A DNA stretch of 64,000 bases from Patescibacteria group bacterium (GTDB taxonomy: Bacteria; Patescibacteriota; Microgenomatia; UBA8517), in NCBI GenBank assembly GCA_035291665.1, contig DATDRP010000002.1:1085-65084 (forward strand), given 5' to 3'. The notes beneath the pieces are model-generated. The model did not search any database and was not told where the DNA came from. It worked only from the letters and a program-made list of their open reading frames with translations. Positions 1 to 11,351 of the stretch are shown one piece after another (positions within the stretch are counted from its first letter, which is position 1; every line of letters begins with the position of its first letter). Position numbers and translations under genes: made by a program.

Positions 1-341
1 ATTTTCTCAACCGGAAAATACTCTTTATAATCAATAGGTCCTTCCAAGTCCAATGTTTCTCCAAGCGGATTAATGATTCTTCCCAGAAGCTTTTCTGAAA
101 CTCCCGTCTGATATATTATCCCTGAAGATTGTGCAATATCCCCGCTTTTAAGGTTTTCAAAACCATCAAAAACCAAAACACCTGCCCTGACTTCTTCCAA
201 ATTAAAGACAAGTCCTTGGATACCTTTCTTGAACAATACCTTCTCACCCAACATTAATCCGTCTAATCCGTTTATCCAAACGACTCCGTCTGAAAGCGCT
301 ATAATATTTCCTTCATCTACAATTTTAAGATCTTCATACAT
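1..341 (-). CDS. atpA: F0F1 ATP synthase subunit alpha, N-terminal part (runs off the window)
   Basis: Manual translation from ATG at 341: MYEDLKIVDEGNIISASDGVVWINGLDG...GRIINPLGE; follows atpH in the operon. Confidence 0.93.
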   Translation of the reverse strand, partial: MYEDLKIVDEGNIIALSDGVVWINGLDGLMLGEKVLFKKGIQGLVFNLEEVRAGVLVFDGFENLKSGDIAQSSGIIYQTGVSEKLLGRIINPLGETLDLEGPIDYKEYFPVEK

Positions 342-345
342 ATTT

Positions 346-532
346 TTATATCTTTTCTAATAAGCTTTTTACGCTTAAATCCAATGTTTTCGATCCGAAC
401 TTAACAGTAAATCCGGCAATCAGGGTTTTGTCTATTTCATATATTACTTCAACTTTTTCCCCAAACATGCCATAAAGAGATTCCTGAATCTCTTTTTTAC
501 TTTGAGTACTAAGGATTTTCGAAGAAGCAACT

Positions 533-546
<14 letters not shown>
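346..546 (-). CDS. atpH: F0F1 ATP synthase subunit delta, short form (C-terminal domain only)
   Basis: IDKTLIAGFTVKFGSKTLDLSVK matches the delta/OSCP C-terminus; lies between atpF and atpA. Confidence 0.8.
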
Positions 547-1274
<728 letters not shown>

Positions 1275-1317
1275 TCACACCCCCTAACTGAGATCGATTT
1301 AAAAAATAAATAAATCT

Positions 1318-2061
1318 CTAATGATGTTCTTCTGTAGAAACAACTATAAATATAGTTGTCAGCATCGTAAATACTAAAGCTTGTATAAATCCAACAAAAA
1401 TTTCAAGTATTAAGAAAGGGACCGGTACAACTAAAGGAATCAAAAACGTCATGACCAGTAGGAGTACTTCTCCTGCAAAAACATTACCAAAAAGCCTGAA
1501 AGAAAAAGATAATACTTTTGAAATTTCCGAAATTAACTCAAGTATCCCAACAAAGAATTTTATCGGGTTAGAGATATTAATAAACTTCATGAAATATTTT
1601 TTTACCCCCAGCGATTTGATAGACATCACCTGAATGGTTACAACCGATACAATGGCTAATGCAAATGTGGTTGATAAATCGGCATTCGGACTTCGAAAAA
1701 GCGGAACCAATAACTTTTCATCGCCAAGATGCTCCCAAATCCCGATAGGACCAACCCCCGGAAGAAGGCCGATCCAATTTGAAAATATTATATAAATAAA
1801 AAAAGTTGTCAGGACCGGAAACAGAATATCAACTTTTTCTCGAGCAATATTTTTCAAAAAATCATAGAATCCCGTAAAGATAAACCTAACGATAAACGGG
1901 AGACCGCTTTTATCTTTTTTGCCTTTAATTTTTATTAATAATACTAAGGCAAACAAAATTAAAATTACCAGAAATGAAGTTATTGTTGAATTTGTGATCT
2001 GAAGATCACCAATATGCATTACCGGTTCCGGTGAAACTGAAATGTGTAAAGTTTTTTTCAT
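1318..2061 (-). CDS. atpB: F0F1 ATP synthase subunit a
   Basis: SFRLFGNVFAGE and LEIFVGFIQALVF motifs. Confidence 0.97.
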   Translation of the reverse strand: MKKTLHISVSPEPVMHIGDLQITNSTITSFLVILILFALVLLIKIKGKKDKSGLPFIVRFIFTGFYDFLKNIAREKVDILFPVLTTFFIYIIFSNWIGLLPGVGPIGIWEHLGDEKLLVPLFRSPNADLSTTFALAIVSVVTIQVMSIKSLGVKKYFMKFINISNPIKFFVGILELISEISKVLSFSFRLFGNVFAGEVLLLVMTFLIPLVVPVPFLILEIFVGFIQALVFTMLTTIFIVVSTEEHH

Positions 2062-2300
2062 TTTTGGTTAATTGTGTCTTTTGCTTTTATTATTTTATAG
2101 ACACTTGCGAAAACAGCTATCAAAGTACCAACTATTGTGAACAGCGGCATTGTTGTGAATTTCTTATCTAAAAAAATCCCAAATAAAAGAAATGCTACGG
2201 GTATTAAAGTTAAAGAAAATGCCAAGTCAGTAGCTTTGGAAATAACATACATCATATTTAATTGATTATTTTTAACTATTTTTTTAACTTTTTTGGACAT
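2058..2300 (-). CDS. AtpI/AtpZ-family two-TM protein
   Basis: GIFLDKKF..P.FTIVG pattern; first gene of the atp operon, overlaps atpB. Confidence 0.75.
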   Translation of the reverse strand: MSKKVKKIVKNNQLNMMYVISKATDLAFSLTLIPVAFLLFGIFLDKKFTTMPLFTIVGTLIAVFASVYKIIKAKDTINQK

Positions 2301-2373
2301 AATTAAAGAGCAAAATCATTGCTCATCCGAAGCTTATTTTAATTTATAAGCACTGGTTGGTCAACCAAGGAAA

Positions 2374-3189
2374 TCAACCGGAGAATTCTCTAATTACTTC
2401 ATTAACTATTCTTTTATTTCTTTCTGCAATTTCCTTTGCAAGACATTTATCTGCGCGGCTTTCAGAAGCGTCAAAAGTCCTTATAAAATCTTCTTTACCC
2501 TGATATTTCTTTTTAATTTCGGGGGCAATCTCAACCGCAATTTTGAGTTGAACTTTTAGTATTTCTTTGATGTCGTTTTCAGAAACCCCGGCATCCAAGG
2601 CATACGTTACCCAATCGGCGCTTACTATTAATGCTTTACCACCCAAACTTCTTTTTTTATCTTCTTCATAACTAATTCCTCCACCCACTGTAAAATCCAA
2701 CCATTCAGCCTTATGATGGTGATCCTCAACACTTCTACCCATATAGCCGTATACCGAAAGACCGTTGATTTTCCCCGCCAAGAGCGGTTCATCAGCAATC
2801 GGCAGATGTCCGAAATAGCTATCGTTATACAATTTTGAGGTAGCGGTTTTTGACTCATTTTCATTAAACCCTTGTGCTGACGCAGCACCGCATCCCGGAT
2901 GACTGCACGCTCCGAATACACATCCCAACTTATCTGCGACATTTTTAAAGGCATTAATAATAGTATCTCTATTATTGTCAATAATATTTCGCGTACTTTC
3001 AGGAAAAAGCTCAGGTTTACCGGAATTGTGTTTGGTTATCAAAGACCCCAGGATTCCCAGTTTTATTCCCACGATCTTCGCGTCTTCATCCATGCATGCA
3101 ATAACCGCTACGTTCATAATATTACCTTCCTTTTCGTTATATTTAAGATTACCTTCTACCATGTTTGGATTCAAGAATTTTCTTGCCAC
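2374..3189 (-). CDS. Hypothetical protein with beta-carbonic-anhydrase-like Zn ligands
   Basis: IACMDE and SHPGCGAA resemble the CxD...HxxCG ligand set; true start may be internal (MNVAVIAC). Confidence 0.45.
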   Translation of the reverse strand: MARKFLNPNMVEGNLKYNEKEGNIMNVAVIACMDEDAKIVGIKLGILGSLITKHNSGKPELFPESTRNIIDNNRDTIINAFKNVADKLGCVFGACSHPGCGAASAQGFNENESKTATSKLYNDSYFGHLPIADEPLLAGKINGLSVYGYMGRSVEDHHHKAEWLDFTVGGGISYEEDKKRSLGGKALIVSADWVTYALDAGVSENDIKEILKVQLKIAVEIAPEIKKKYQGKEDFIRTFDASESRADKCLAKEIAERNKRIVNEVIREFSG

Positions 3190-3220
3190 ATAGGTGGTAT
3201 CGGATATAATATAAGCTTAG

Positions 3221-4372
3221 ATGAATAAATTCAAGACATTTTTTTTAATTTTCATTTTGTCTGCAATTCCCACTTTTTTTGTCTGGCTGCCTTTTTTTAT
3301 GCGATTAGAGAAATTTTGGACGATACCTCTACCCCGGGAGGGAATGGCAACAATTGTTGCCAATTACGACGGACCGCTTTATATTGCTGTGGCAAAGACT
3401 TTTTATAATACCGAAAGTCTATCAAAACTGCCGTTCACATTGCCGGTCGAATATTATGCTGCGCACTTCCCACTTTATCCCTTGTTGATCAGGGGATTTT
3501 CATACATCTTGGGTTACCCATACTCTATGCTCTTTGTTACTTTTATAACATCCATCCTGGCTATATGGTTCTTCTCAAAATATATTGCCGATTTTGTGGA
3601 TAAGGATGAAATAATATGGATGACCATTCTTTTCTCGGTCTTTCCCGCCCGATGGCTGGTTGTCCGATCAGTAGGATCACCTGAACCTCTTTTTTTGTTT
3701 GGTGTGATAGGCGCAATCTATTTTTTTCGTAAGGAAAAATACTTGCTTGCGGGCATAATGGGAGCGATTGCAACCCTCACAAAATCCCCCGGAATCTTAC
3801 TTTTCCCTGCATTATTTATGGCCATGATGGTTTCAAAATTTAACAAATCTGCAATTCTCAAAACTTCAAATATCTTAAAATCCATAAAACTTTCAAGTTT
3901 ATTGCCGCTATTTTTGATCCCTCTGGCATTGATCGGAGTTTTTTATATTTATCAAACTCAATTCGGAAGTTTTCTTGCTTATTTTAAGTCTGGCGACAAC
4001 ATTCACCTTTTCTTCCCACCTTTTCAGATATTTAATTACTCGGCGCCTTGGGTAGGAACTTTCTGGTTAGAAGAAGTAATATTTGTCTATCTCCTCGCGG
4101 CTATCGGAGTATATAAATTATTGGAGATCGATAAAGTCGGAAGCTGGTTTGCGGGGATATTTTTTATAAGTATTCTTTTTGTTGCTCATCGGGATCTTAT
4201 CCGATATTCTCTTCCTCTTATTCCTTTTATATTAGCCGGCTTTTCAAAATATCTTGTTAAAAAGGAATTCAAATTTGCTTTTGCTATTATAATCATTCCC
4301 ATTTATCTTTTCTCGCTGGCTTTTATATCTCAAAATGTAATGCCAATACCTGATTGGGCGCCGCTACTTTAG
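3221..4372 (+). CDS. GT-C fold membrane glycosyltransferase (mannosyltransferase/PIG-V-like)
   Basis: Multi-TM; YDGPLYI, HFPLYPLLI, SPEPLF and TKSPG motifs. Confidence 0.75.
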   Translation: MNKFKTFFLIFILSAIPTFFVWLPFFMRLEKFWTIPLPREGMATIVANYDGPLYIAVAKTFYNTESLSKLPFTLPVEYYAAHFPLYPLLIRGFSYILGYPYSMLFVTFITSILAIWFFSKYIADFVDKDEIIWMTILFSVFPARWLVVRSVGSPEPLFLFGVIGAIYFFRKEKYLLAGIMGAIATLTKSPGILLFPALFMAMMVSKFNKSAILKTSNILKSIKLSSLLPLFLIPLALIGVFYIYQTQFGSFLAYFKSGDNIHLFFPPFQIFNYSAPWVGTFWLEEVIFVYLLAAIGVYKLLEIDKVGSWFAGIFFISILFVAHRDLIRYSLPLIPFILAGFSKYLVKKEFKFAFAIIIIPIYLFSLAFISQNVMPIPDWAPLL

Positions 4373-4614
4373 GAAAGATATTAAGAAATTACGATATTAG
4401 GATGAATGATAAATGGCAGTACCCAACTACCAATCTTTCAACCTTATCTCCTACAACCTACCGCTCATGCTTACTGCTTACCGTCTTTTCTCTTTGTACT
4501 ATTTACTTAAAACTTAAGACTTAATACTCAATAGTTTACGCTTTTATATTTTTAATTTATTGCTTTTCACTTTTGACTCTTCTCTTTTCTCTAATCAATA
4601 TGCTTTAATGTTGT

Positions 4615-4920
4615 ATGGGGGTTGAATATACACCACAACAAGCTTCAGTAGCGCTTCTTCCCCAAACCAGCCCCAGTCCGTCTGATGTTGAAGACCGTCT
4701 CACAAAATTAAACGCAAACAAGAAAGATCGCGGCAGAGTCTTGGCACAACTTTATAAAAAAGCAAAATCAGACTCTTCGTTTACCAACGATTTCGTAACT
4801 TTATGTGTGGACGATCCCGATTTGGGATGGCGTGCGTTTCATCACGGCGTAACCGTCGAAGCCAAAAAAACCGAGCATGGATATGAGTCAATACCCCACA
4901 TTATCCTTCCAAAACCCTGA
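4615..4920 (+). CDS. Hypothetical protein
   Basis: 101-aa ATG ORF, first of three co-oriented small ORFs. Confidence 0.55.
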   Translation: MGVEYTPQQASVALLPQTSPSPSDVEDRLTKLNANKKDRGRVLAQLYKKAKSDSSFTNDFVTLCVDDPDLGWRAFHHGVTVEAKKTEHGYESIPHIILPKP

Positions 4921-4959
4921 TAGTCTTTGAAAACCCCTAAGCTATAAAATTCATATACA

Positions 4960-5211
4960 ATGTCAACGGAAGGTTTCAGATGTTCTTGGGTTATGAGGTA
5001 TCACCAAAAAATAGGATTAGGCCCATGGCGGAAAGTTGGTTATGGCGCTACCATTAGTAAACCTACGGAAAATGTACCTTTAGTTTTGTCTGGTGGAAAT
5101 GGACACAAGCGGGAAATTCTAACGAAAGAAGAGCTAGATAAACAATCGATTGATGTCAATCTGTCAGGGAACGGCCACCGATCACTCTTCCGAGAACATA
5201 TTCCTTCCTAA
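4960..5211 (+). CDS. Hypothetical protein
   Basis: 83-aa ORF containing LSGGNGH/LSGNGH twice. Confidence 0.45.
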   Translation: MSTEGFRCSWVMRYHQKIGLGPWRKVGYGATISKPTENVPLVLSGGNGHKREILTKEELDKQSIDVNLSGNGHRSLFREHIPS

Positions 5212-5217
5212 ATTGAC

Positions 5218-5544
5218 ATGGAACGACCACTATTAAGAGATTACATAGAAAAAGGATTACCGTTGCCTTCCCATGGAAAAGTTCTGACATTTACTACAAT
5301 TTATGACGCACCAGTCGGATATGAAGATCAAACTCCGTATGATATCGCAATCGTCGAACTTCAAAATGATAACGGTGACCCCGGTCCGTTTATTACGGCA
5401 CAACTTACTGATTTTGGAGATGAACCGGTTGAGATCAGTACCCGCGTTGAAATGGTTACCAGAAAAATAAGAATTGATGGAAATTCGGAGCGGGGGCTTA
5501 TTTTATACGGTGCAAAATTCAGACCGATTCTGAAAAAAGCGTAA
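5218..5544 (+). CDS. DUF35/ChsH2-type OB-fold protein lacking the Zn ribbon
   Basis: GKVLTFTTIYDAPVGY..PY.IAIVEL...ITAQLTD...VEMVTRK...YG.KFRP. Confidence 0.75.
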   Translation: MERPLLRDYIEKGLPLPSHGKVLTFTTIYDAPVGYEDQTPYDIAIVELQNDNGDPGPFITAQLTDFGDEPVEISTRVEMVTRKIRIDGNSERGLILYGAKFRPILKKA

Positions 5545-5546
5545 CA

Positions 5547-6437
5547 CTATTCTTCTACCTCGATCGTAACTGTTGCTAACTCTTTATTCATAATCGATTT
5601 TTCCTGAAGAGGATTAATTGTCAGCTTTCTTTCAAGAAGCTTCAAATACTTCAGATACCCTTTGAGGGCGTCTTTAACTCCAGATCGTATTTTTACACCG
5701 TTATAAGTTTCACCCAAAACTTCAGTCACGGGTACAAATTCGAAATCCTGTAATTTGTAACTTGAGAATACTTTTTCCGAGGATAAATCTTTAGGTAGTT
5801 GGATATGATATACAGAAACGCGAATATCGGCAACTTCCAAGTACATAAAAGGGCTTAAGCTTTCCGATACAAGTTCCTCCGGAAATTCTCTATTTATTGA
5901 TTTGTCCGTAAAAACCTCTTGTTGGAGAATCCTCTTTATATTTTCGCTTCTTGATTCACCTTTTTTGGAATACCCCATCGGAATTGAATACGAACCGAAT
6001 GTTTTTCCGAGCTGAATTCTGGGAGTCGACACATCTCTGGCTACCAATATCCGGTTTATATTATCATATGGTGTAATCACGAGCGCGGTTCCTAATCTTC
6101 TTGTTATTCCTTCTTTGACATAAGCCAAAACACGATATAACGTAACGGCTGAAGTTTTGTAGTTTGGAGGAAGTTTTTTATACAATTTTTCAAAAGCTAT
6201 GTTGTCTTTTGCCAAATGGCCCAAAAAGTCAACAGCTTCAGAAAATTTATTGTTCGGACCGACCGCTTTTTTGATATCCCACCGATCCAATACTCTTTGA
6301 TAGTTGGCATACGAAATTGGCAGGAAATATTTATGCTTCCTATACACTTCATCAACTGTTCCGTATTTCATATATTCCCGGACCAGAAATTTATTAAATT
6401 CAATTTCATCGGTTGGAAATTTGTGGTTTTTACTCAT
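5547..6437 (-). CDS. Hypothetical protein with a degenerate Nudix-like C-terminal domain
   Basis: SIPMGYSKKGES...KRILQQEV resembles a Nudix box; helical N-terminus. Confidence 0.5.
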   Translation of the reverse strand: MSKNHKFPTDEIEFNKFLVREYMKYGTVDEVYRKHKYFLPISYANYQRVLDRWDIKKAVGPNNKFSEAVDFLGHLAKDNIAFEKLYKKLPPNYKTSAVTLYRVLAYVKEGITRRLGTALVITPYDNINRILVARDVSTPRIQLGKTFGSYSIPMGYSKKGESRSENIKRILQQEVFTDKSINREFPEELVSESLSPFMYLEVADIRVSVYHIQLPKDLSSEKVFSSYKLQDFEFVPVTEVLGETYNGVKIRSGVKDALKGYLKYLKLLERKLTINPLQEKSIMNKELATVTIEVEE

Positions 6438-6838
6438 GGAGTGTCTATTTTACTATAATCCACCAGTTATTTACATCTATTTACGTCTATTTGCATCACC
6501 TTCAATCTTCAGAATGTAAAAAATGTGAAGTGTGGATTTACATGCTAATAACGCATATGCGTTGCTATCTTGTCAAATTCTAAATATTGTCATTGAAAAT
6601 GCTTCATCTCAAATTCAATCTGAAAGGAAGAGGAATTGCTTAGCAAATTAAATTATTTGGCCTCAATAACAATTTGTATTTTGAAATTGATATTAAAAAT
6701 ACCTCGCTTCAGATAATATGAAGTTACCCGAGTTTCCAACTTTACTCACTTTTCTGGAAGGTTAAAAAGTTAATTTCGGAATATAAAGTTGTGATGTATT
6801 TGAAAAATTAATATCTTAATATCGAATCACTTAAAATA

Positions 6839-7981
6839 TTACTTCCTGCTCCAAGGCATTTTCCATGTCTTCCAAATTACAGCGTTGTACATGAAGTAAT
6901 TATACGGAAGTACCAGTAAAAGTATTATGAAAGGAAGAAGTAGTTGACGGGACCCTGTCCCGAAAAAAGCAACTCCCAAAGATCCAAATATCGCTTGAAT
7001 AATAAGAGCACCGGTCGAAGTTAAATTAAATTGGAAAAATTTCTTAAGAAGAAACCCTACTCCTGTTATCTTTTCGGATTTAAAAGTCCAAAGGTTATTA
7101 AGTATAAAATTTGATACAATCGCAACTTCTGTTGCTGCTGCCCAAATTCCCCATTCCGGAAAACCAAGCTTTGCAAAAACCGCCAATCCGACCGCATTAA
7201 CAACATATCCGATAAATCCTACAGTGCCGAACTTAATAAATCTTGCTTTATCCTTAATTCCCAAAATAGTTGCTACTTTTAAGGTTGACACAGTCTCTTT
7301 CATATTAAACTTTGATTGTTCTTTTGTGCGCGGTGCAAATTCCAAGGGGACTTCTTTCACCTTTTTGGCGTTTTTTATACTCTGGTATAAAAGATCAACT
7401 TTATAGGCAAATCTTTTCTGTTCCATAAGATGATCGATATCGATCTTGTCCAAAACACCTTTAACTTTAGTCAACCGAAATCCCGTTGTAAGGTCGTGTA
7501 TCGATGGTTTCAGAAGTACCAATCTTATGTATAAATTTCCAAAGTAGCTTACGGCTTTCCTGAAAAGCGCCCATTCTTTCGGAACGGATCCGCCGGGAAT
7601 ATAGCGCGAACCGATTACATATTCAGCACCTTCCAAATACGCGTCAACCATGGGTTTAACAAATCTGGGTGGATGCTGAAAATCAGCATCCATCTCCATA
7701 ACGGCATCGGCTGATAACTTATCAACGGCATATTTGAAACCTGCCACATAATCGGCTCCCAGTCCGCCTTTATCTTTTGAGAGTAAATGAAGATTTTTAT
7801 ATTTGCCCTGCTTATCTGAAACGATTTTTCCTGTTCCGTCGGGAGAATTAGCATCAACGACAAGAAGATGCATATCGGCATCTTTAATTTTGGGAAATTC
7901 CGTACCGCAAAGTGCTTCGACCATCGGACCGATATTTTCGGCTTCGTTGAAAGCCGGCATAACTATGACAATTTTGTCCAT
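6839..7981 (-). CDS. Polyprenol-phosphate mannose synthase-like GT2 fused to a GtrA flippase domain
   Basis: VVDANSPDGT, EMDADFQH and DLTTGFR, then FIKFGTVG...NFILNNLWTF (GtrA). Confidence 0.9.
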   Translation of the reverse strand: MDKIVIVMPAFNEAENIGPMVEALCGTEFPKIKDADMHLLVVDANSPDGTGKIVSDKQGKYKNLHLLSKDKGGLGADYVAGFKYAVDKLSADAVMEMDADFQHPPRFVKPMVDAYLEGAEYVIGSRYIPGGSVPKEWALFRKAVSYFGNLYIRLVLLKPSIHDLTTGFRLTKVKGVLDKIDIDHLMEQKRFAYKVDLLYQSIKNAKKVKEVPLEFAPRTKEQSKFNMKETVSTLKVATILGIKDKARFIKFGTVGFIGYVVNAVGLAVFAKLGFPEWGIWAAATEVAIVSNFILNNLWTFKSEKITGVGFLLKKFFQFNLTSTGALIIQAIFGSLGVAFFGTGSRQLLLPFIILLLVLPYNYFMYNAVIWKTWKMPWSRK

Positions 7982-8121
7982 AAATTAATCGTAGCAAAAA
8001 TCTATATAAAAAAACATTACGAAACTTCTATAACATCGTCCCCATCTTAAAAGATGGGGTAATAATGAAGATTTTATTCGTACCGTATTGCCTCAATCCG
8101 TTCAACAAGTTCAGGATTTCG

Positions 8122-9336
8122 TTATTCGTAACGAATGGCCTCAATCGGCGGAAGTTTTGCTGCACGACGGGCGGGGAAAACGCCAAAGAATATTCCGATA
8201 GCGGACGAAATAATAAGTGTAATCGCAACCGAAAAGAAATTGATAGCCGCCGGGAAAAATATCCTAACTATCAAGACTATTGCTGTTGAAAGCAGTAATC
8301 CCAATACACCACCGATGATGGACAATAAGATTGACTCCGCCAAAAATTGAGTTAAGATATCTCTTTCTGTTGCCCCAATTGCACGCCTGATTCCGACTTC
8401 TTTTGTTCTTTCGGTCACAGTCGCATACATGATATTCATAATTCCGATTCCGCCGACTAAAAGTGAAATCGACCCGATAGCGACAAGTATCGAGTTTACA
8501 ATACCGAATATCTGGTCAACAGTCGATAGAATTTCTGTTTGTTCTGTCACCGAAAACTCGTCCTCTTTGTATCTTTTCAAAAGTGTTTCTTTAGCTTTCG
8601 CTTTGACAATTTCGACATTGCCCTCATCTTTTGTTCCCAGGTATATCGTAAAAAAAGTTTTATCCGGATTTAAGGTTCCGAATACTGTTTTGTAGGGAAT
8701 AATAAGCGAAGCGTCCATTTCCCTGTCTCCCTTTTTCTTTGCAACACCAATTACCCGAAACCTCTGATCCCCGACTCTGACTGTTTTTCCTACTGCATTT
8801 TCAGGCTGTCCGAACAGTTTCTCTGCAATAGTAAATCCCATTACTCCGTTTTTGGACCTGGATGAAACTTCACTTTTCGTGAAGAATTCACCTGCGAGAA
8901 TCTCAAGATTCAAAATCTTGAATATTTCCTCATTCGATGATTCAATATAGCCGAGATATCTTTCTCCATCGGCCTCAACAACGCTGCTTTTGAAAAATAC
9001 GGGAACAACATAATCTGCTTCTCTGATTTTTTGAAGGTTAGCAACATCCCTTTCATCAAAATCAGCTCCCCCCGCAAAACCCGATCCGAATCCGCCACCG
9101 GCTCCGCCTTCGCTGGAAAATACGTTACCGGGAAAGATTATTATCAGGTTCGCACCTAAGCTTTCAAACTGCTGTTTAAGATAATTTTTCAGTCCCAACC
9201 CGAGGGCAATCAAAAGCACAACCGACATTACCCCGATCATAATTCCGAGAGACGTCAAAAATGTCCTGACTTTGTTTCTTTTGAAATCTGCAAAGGCTGA
9301 TTTTAATAGATCAGTAAATTCGTTTTTCATTAACAT
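8122..9336 (-). CDS. MacB/FtsX-family ABC permease
   Basis: RTFLTSLGIMIGV, GGIGIMNIM..TVTERTKEVGIRRAIGA, PARRAAKL.PIEAIRYE. Confidence 0.93.
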   Translation of the reverse strand: MLMKNEFTDLLKSAFADFKRNKVRTFLTSLGIMIGVMSVVLLIALGLGLKNYLKQQFESLGANLIIIFPGNVFSSEGGAGGGFGSGFAGGADFDERDVANLQKIREADYVVPVFFKSSVVEADGERYLGYIESSNEEIFKILNLEILAGEFFTKSEVSSRSKNGVMGFTIAEKLFGQPENAVGKTVRVGDQRFRVIGVAKKKGDREMDASLIIPYKTVFGTLNPDKTFFTIYLGTKDEGNVEIVKAKAKETLLKRYKEDEFSVTEQTEILSTVDQIFGIVNSILVAIGSISLLVGGIGIMNIMYATVTERTKEVGIRRAIGATERDILTQFLAESILLSIIGGVLGLLLSTAIVLIVRIFFPAAINFFSVAITLIISSAIGIFFGVFPARRAAKLPPIEAIRYE

Positions 9337-9381
9337 AACAAAATTAACGGTATTAAGAAATTTTAATTTTTTACAATACCA

Positions 9382-10059
9382 TCATAAATACTTTTTAACA
9401 ACCACACCGTCTTTTATATAAATTTGTCTTTTTGTCCGAAGGGCAACATCGTGTTCGTGGGTTACCACGATAACAGTTACTTTGAGATCTTTATTCAAAT
9501 CTCCTAAAAGATCCATAATTTCATCACCGGTTTTGCTGTCAATGTTTCCTGTCGGTTCATCGGCAAGAATCACTTTCGGTTTCATGATGAGTGCTCTTGC
9601 AATTGCAACACGCTGCTGCTGACCGCCTGAAATTTTATTCGGGAAAAAATTTCTACGATCCCAAATTCCAAATCTTTTTAAAAGTTCGTCAGCTCTTTCC
9701 AAGGGATCAAAATCAAGTTTGACTTTTGAGTACTTGGCAGGAAGAAGAACGTTTTCGAGCACAGTAAATTTATTAATCAAATTGAACTGTTGAAAGACAA
9801 ACCCGACATTCTTATTTCTGATGTGAGAAAGCGTGTCATCATCCAATTTTGAAACGTCTTTTCCGTCCAGAAATACTTTCCCGACTGTCGGCTGTTCCAA
9901 AAGTCCTATCAGGTACATTAATGTAGATTTTCCCGATCCCGAAGAGCCCAGGATTCCGATATATTCACCATCTTCAATCTTTAAATTAACACCATTAACC
10001 GCTTTAACCTCTTCATCACCGAGGAAGTAAGATTTGCTGATATTTTGAAGCTTAATCAT
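9382..10059 (-). CDS. ABC transporter ATP-binding protein (LolD/MacB type)
   Basis: GSSGSGKS, ISGGQQQR, LADEPTGN. Confidence 0.95.
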   Translation of the reverse strand: MIKLQNISKSYFLGDEEVKAVNGVNLKIEDGEYIGILGSSGSGKSTLMYLIGLLEQPTVGKVFLDGKDVSKLDDDTLSHIRNKNVGFVFQQFNLINKFTVLENVLLPAKYSKVKLDFDPLERADELLKRFGIWDRRNFFPNKISGGQQQRVAIARALIMKPKVILADEPTGNIDSKTGDEIMDLLGDLNKDLKVTVIVVTHEHDVALRTKRQIYIKDGVVVKKYL

Positions 10060-10154
10060 TTCAAAAAAGTATCACAAGAATTTGAAGTATCAGAAGTATC
10101 ACAAGAATTAAATCGGCTCGTGGTACTCGTGATGCTCAGACTTCCCGTGATACA

Positions 10155-11186
10155 TTAATCGTATATAGTCTCCCCTTCTTTAATATCTCCGCCGGTAATT
10201 TCTGTTCTGTCTTCCCCCTCAAGACCTATTTCAACAAAAACTTTTCCGTCTTTGTCCGATGTGTGGACAAAATATTTACCATTTTCGACGTTTACAAATC
10301 TTGGAGGAACAAATAATACGTTCTCTTTTTCTTGAAGTATAAATTTCGCATCACCGGATAATCCGATCCTGTATTTCTTGATATCCATGTTCTCATTCTC
10401 AAAACCCACCCTAACTTTATAAACGCTACCGACTTCACCTGCTCTCGGGGTGTACGAAATAAATACAATTTTACCTTTCAGGGTATCGTCAGGCAATGAG
10501 TCAAGCAAAATTTCAACATCCTGCCCGACAAAGAGGTTAAGTACCTCTGTTTGATCTGCAGTGACGTCAAAATACATCGTTTCCGGATTGATAAGTTCTA
10601 TTTGAGTTTCGCTGGCCAAAACAAATACGCCTGAATACGGATGGGCAACTGCAGTCACAATACCAGCAAATGGCGCTGTGATAGTTGCATTTCTCAAATT
10701 ATATTCTGCGGCGACAAACGCTTCATAAGCCTTATCTTTTGTTACTTCAGCTGTTGTACGTGTATCTTTTTGTAAAAATGTTTCATCATTGTCGTTATCC
10801 TTAACCTGGTCATGAACGTACTCAACTGTCGCTTCGGCTGCCCGTAAAGTAGCTTTAGCCTGCTGGTAATAAGTGTTTAGGACTGTTGTATCAAGTTTGG
10901 CAAGCGCCATCCCTTTTTTGACCGTATCACCTTCTTTAGCACTAATCCATGCAATATCTCCTGAAGTAGGGAATCCCAATTTGGCGTATTCATCCGCGGT
11001 AATTTCTCCTGATAGAACAAGCTCCTGCGTTACCTTACCCCACTCAACAACTGATTTTTCCTTACCGCTGTTTTTACCGACAGTGAGCTTATACCCAATA
11101 AACGCGGCTATTACTATTAATATAATGGTAAAAAACCAGAATTTTTTTGTTTTAAGAAAACTTTTCTTTTGATTTTTATCTTTCAT
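10155..11186 (-). CDS. MacA/HlyD-type membrane fusion adaptor
   Basis: N-terminal TM; lipoyl halves GDTVKKG and ITAPFAGIV flank a helical hairpin. Confidence 0.88.
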   Translation of the reverse strand: MKDKNQKKSFLKTKKFWFFTIILIVIAAFIGYKLTVGKNSGKEKSVVEWGKVTQELVLSGEITADEYAKLGFPTSGDIAWISAKEGDTVKKGMALAKLDTTVLNTYYQQAKATLRAAEATVEYVHDQVKDNDNDETFLQKDTRTTAEVTKDKAYEAFVAAEYNLRNATITAPFAGIVTAVAHPYSGVFVLASETQIELINPETMYFDVTADQTEVLNLFVGQDVEILLDSLPDDTLKGKIVFISYTPRAGEVGSVYKVRVGFENENMDIKKYRIGLSGDAKFILQEKENVLFVPPRFVNVENGKYFVHTSDKDGKVFVEIGLEGEDRTEITGGDIKEGETIYD

Positions 11187-11351
11187 ATGATTTCTTCAGT
11201 TTCAGCTTTTTTGACAGCAAAATCGTGTAAGCTCTAAACAGCCAACTTAGTCGAGTATATCAATAAGTTGAGTTCTTCTCAAACCTATATTAATCATATT
11301 ATTAGCTCATCTGTTGGTAGCTTTTGTTACAATTTGATATCATATATTGCC

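Noticed and set aside
6438-6838. RNA gene or origin in the 400-bp intergenic region
   Set aside because: No cloverleaf, recognisable ncRNA motif or DnaA-box cluster; only a short palindrome.
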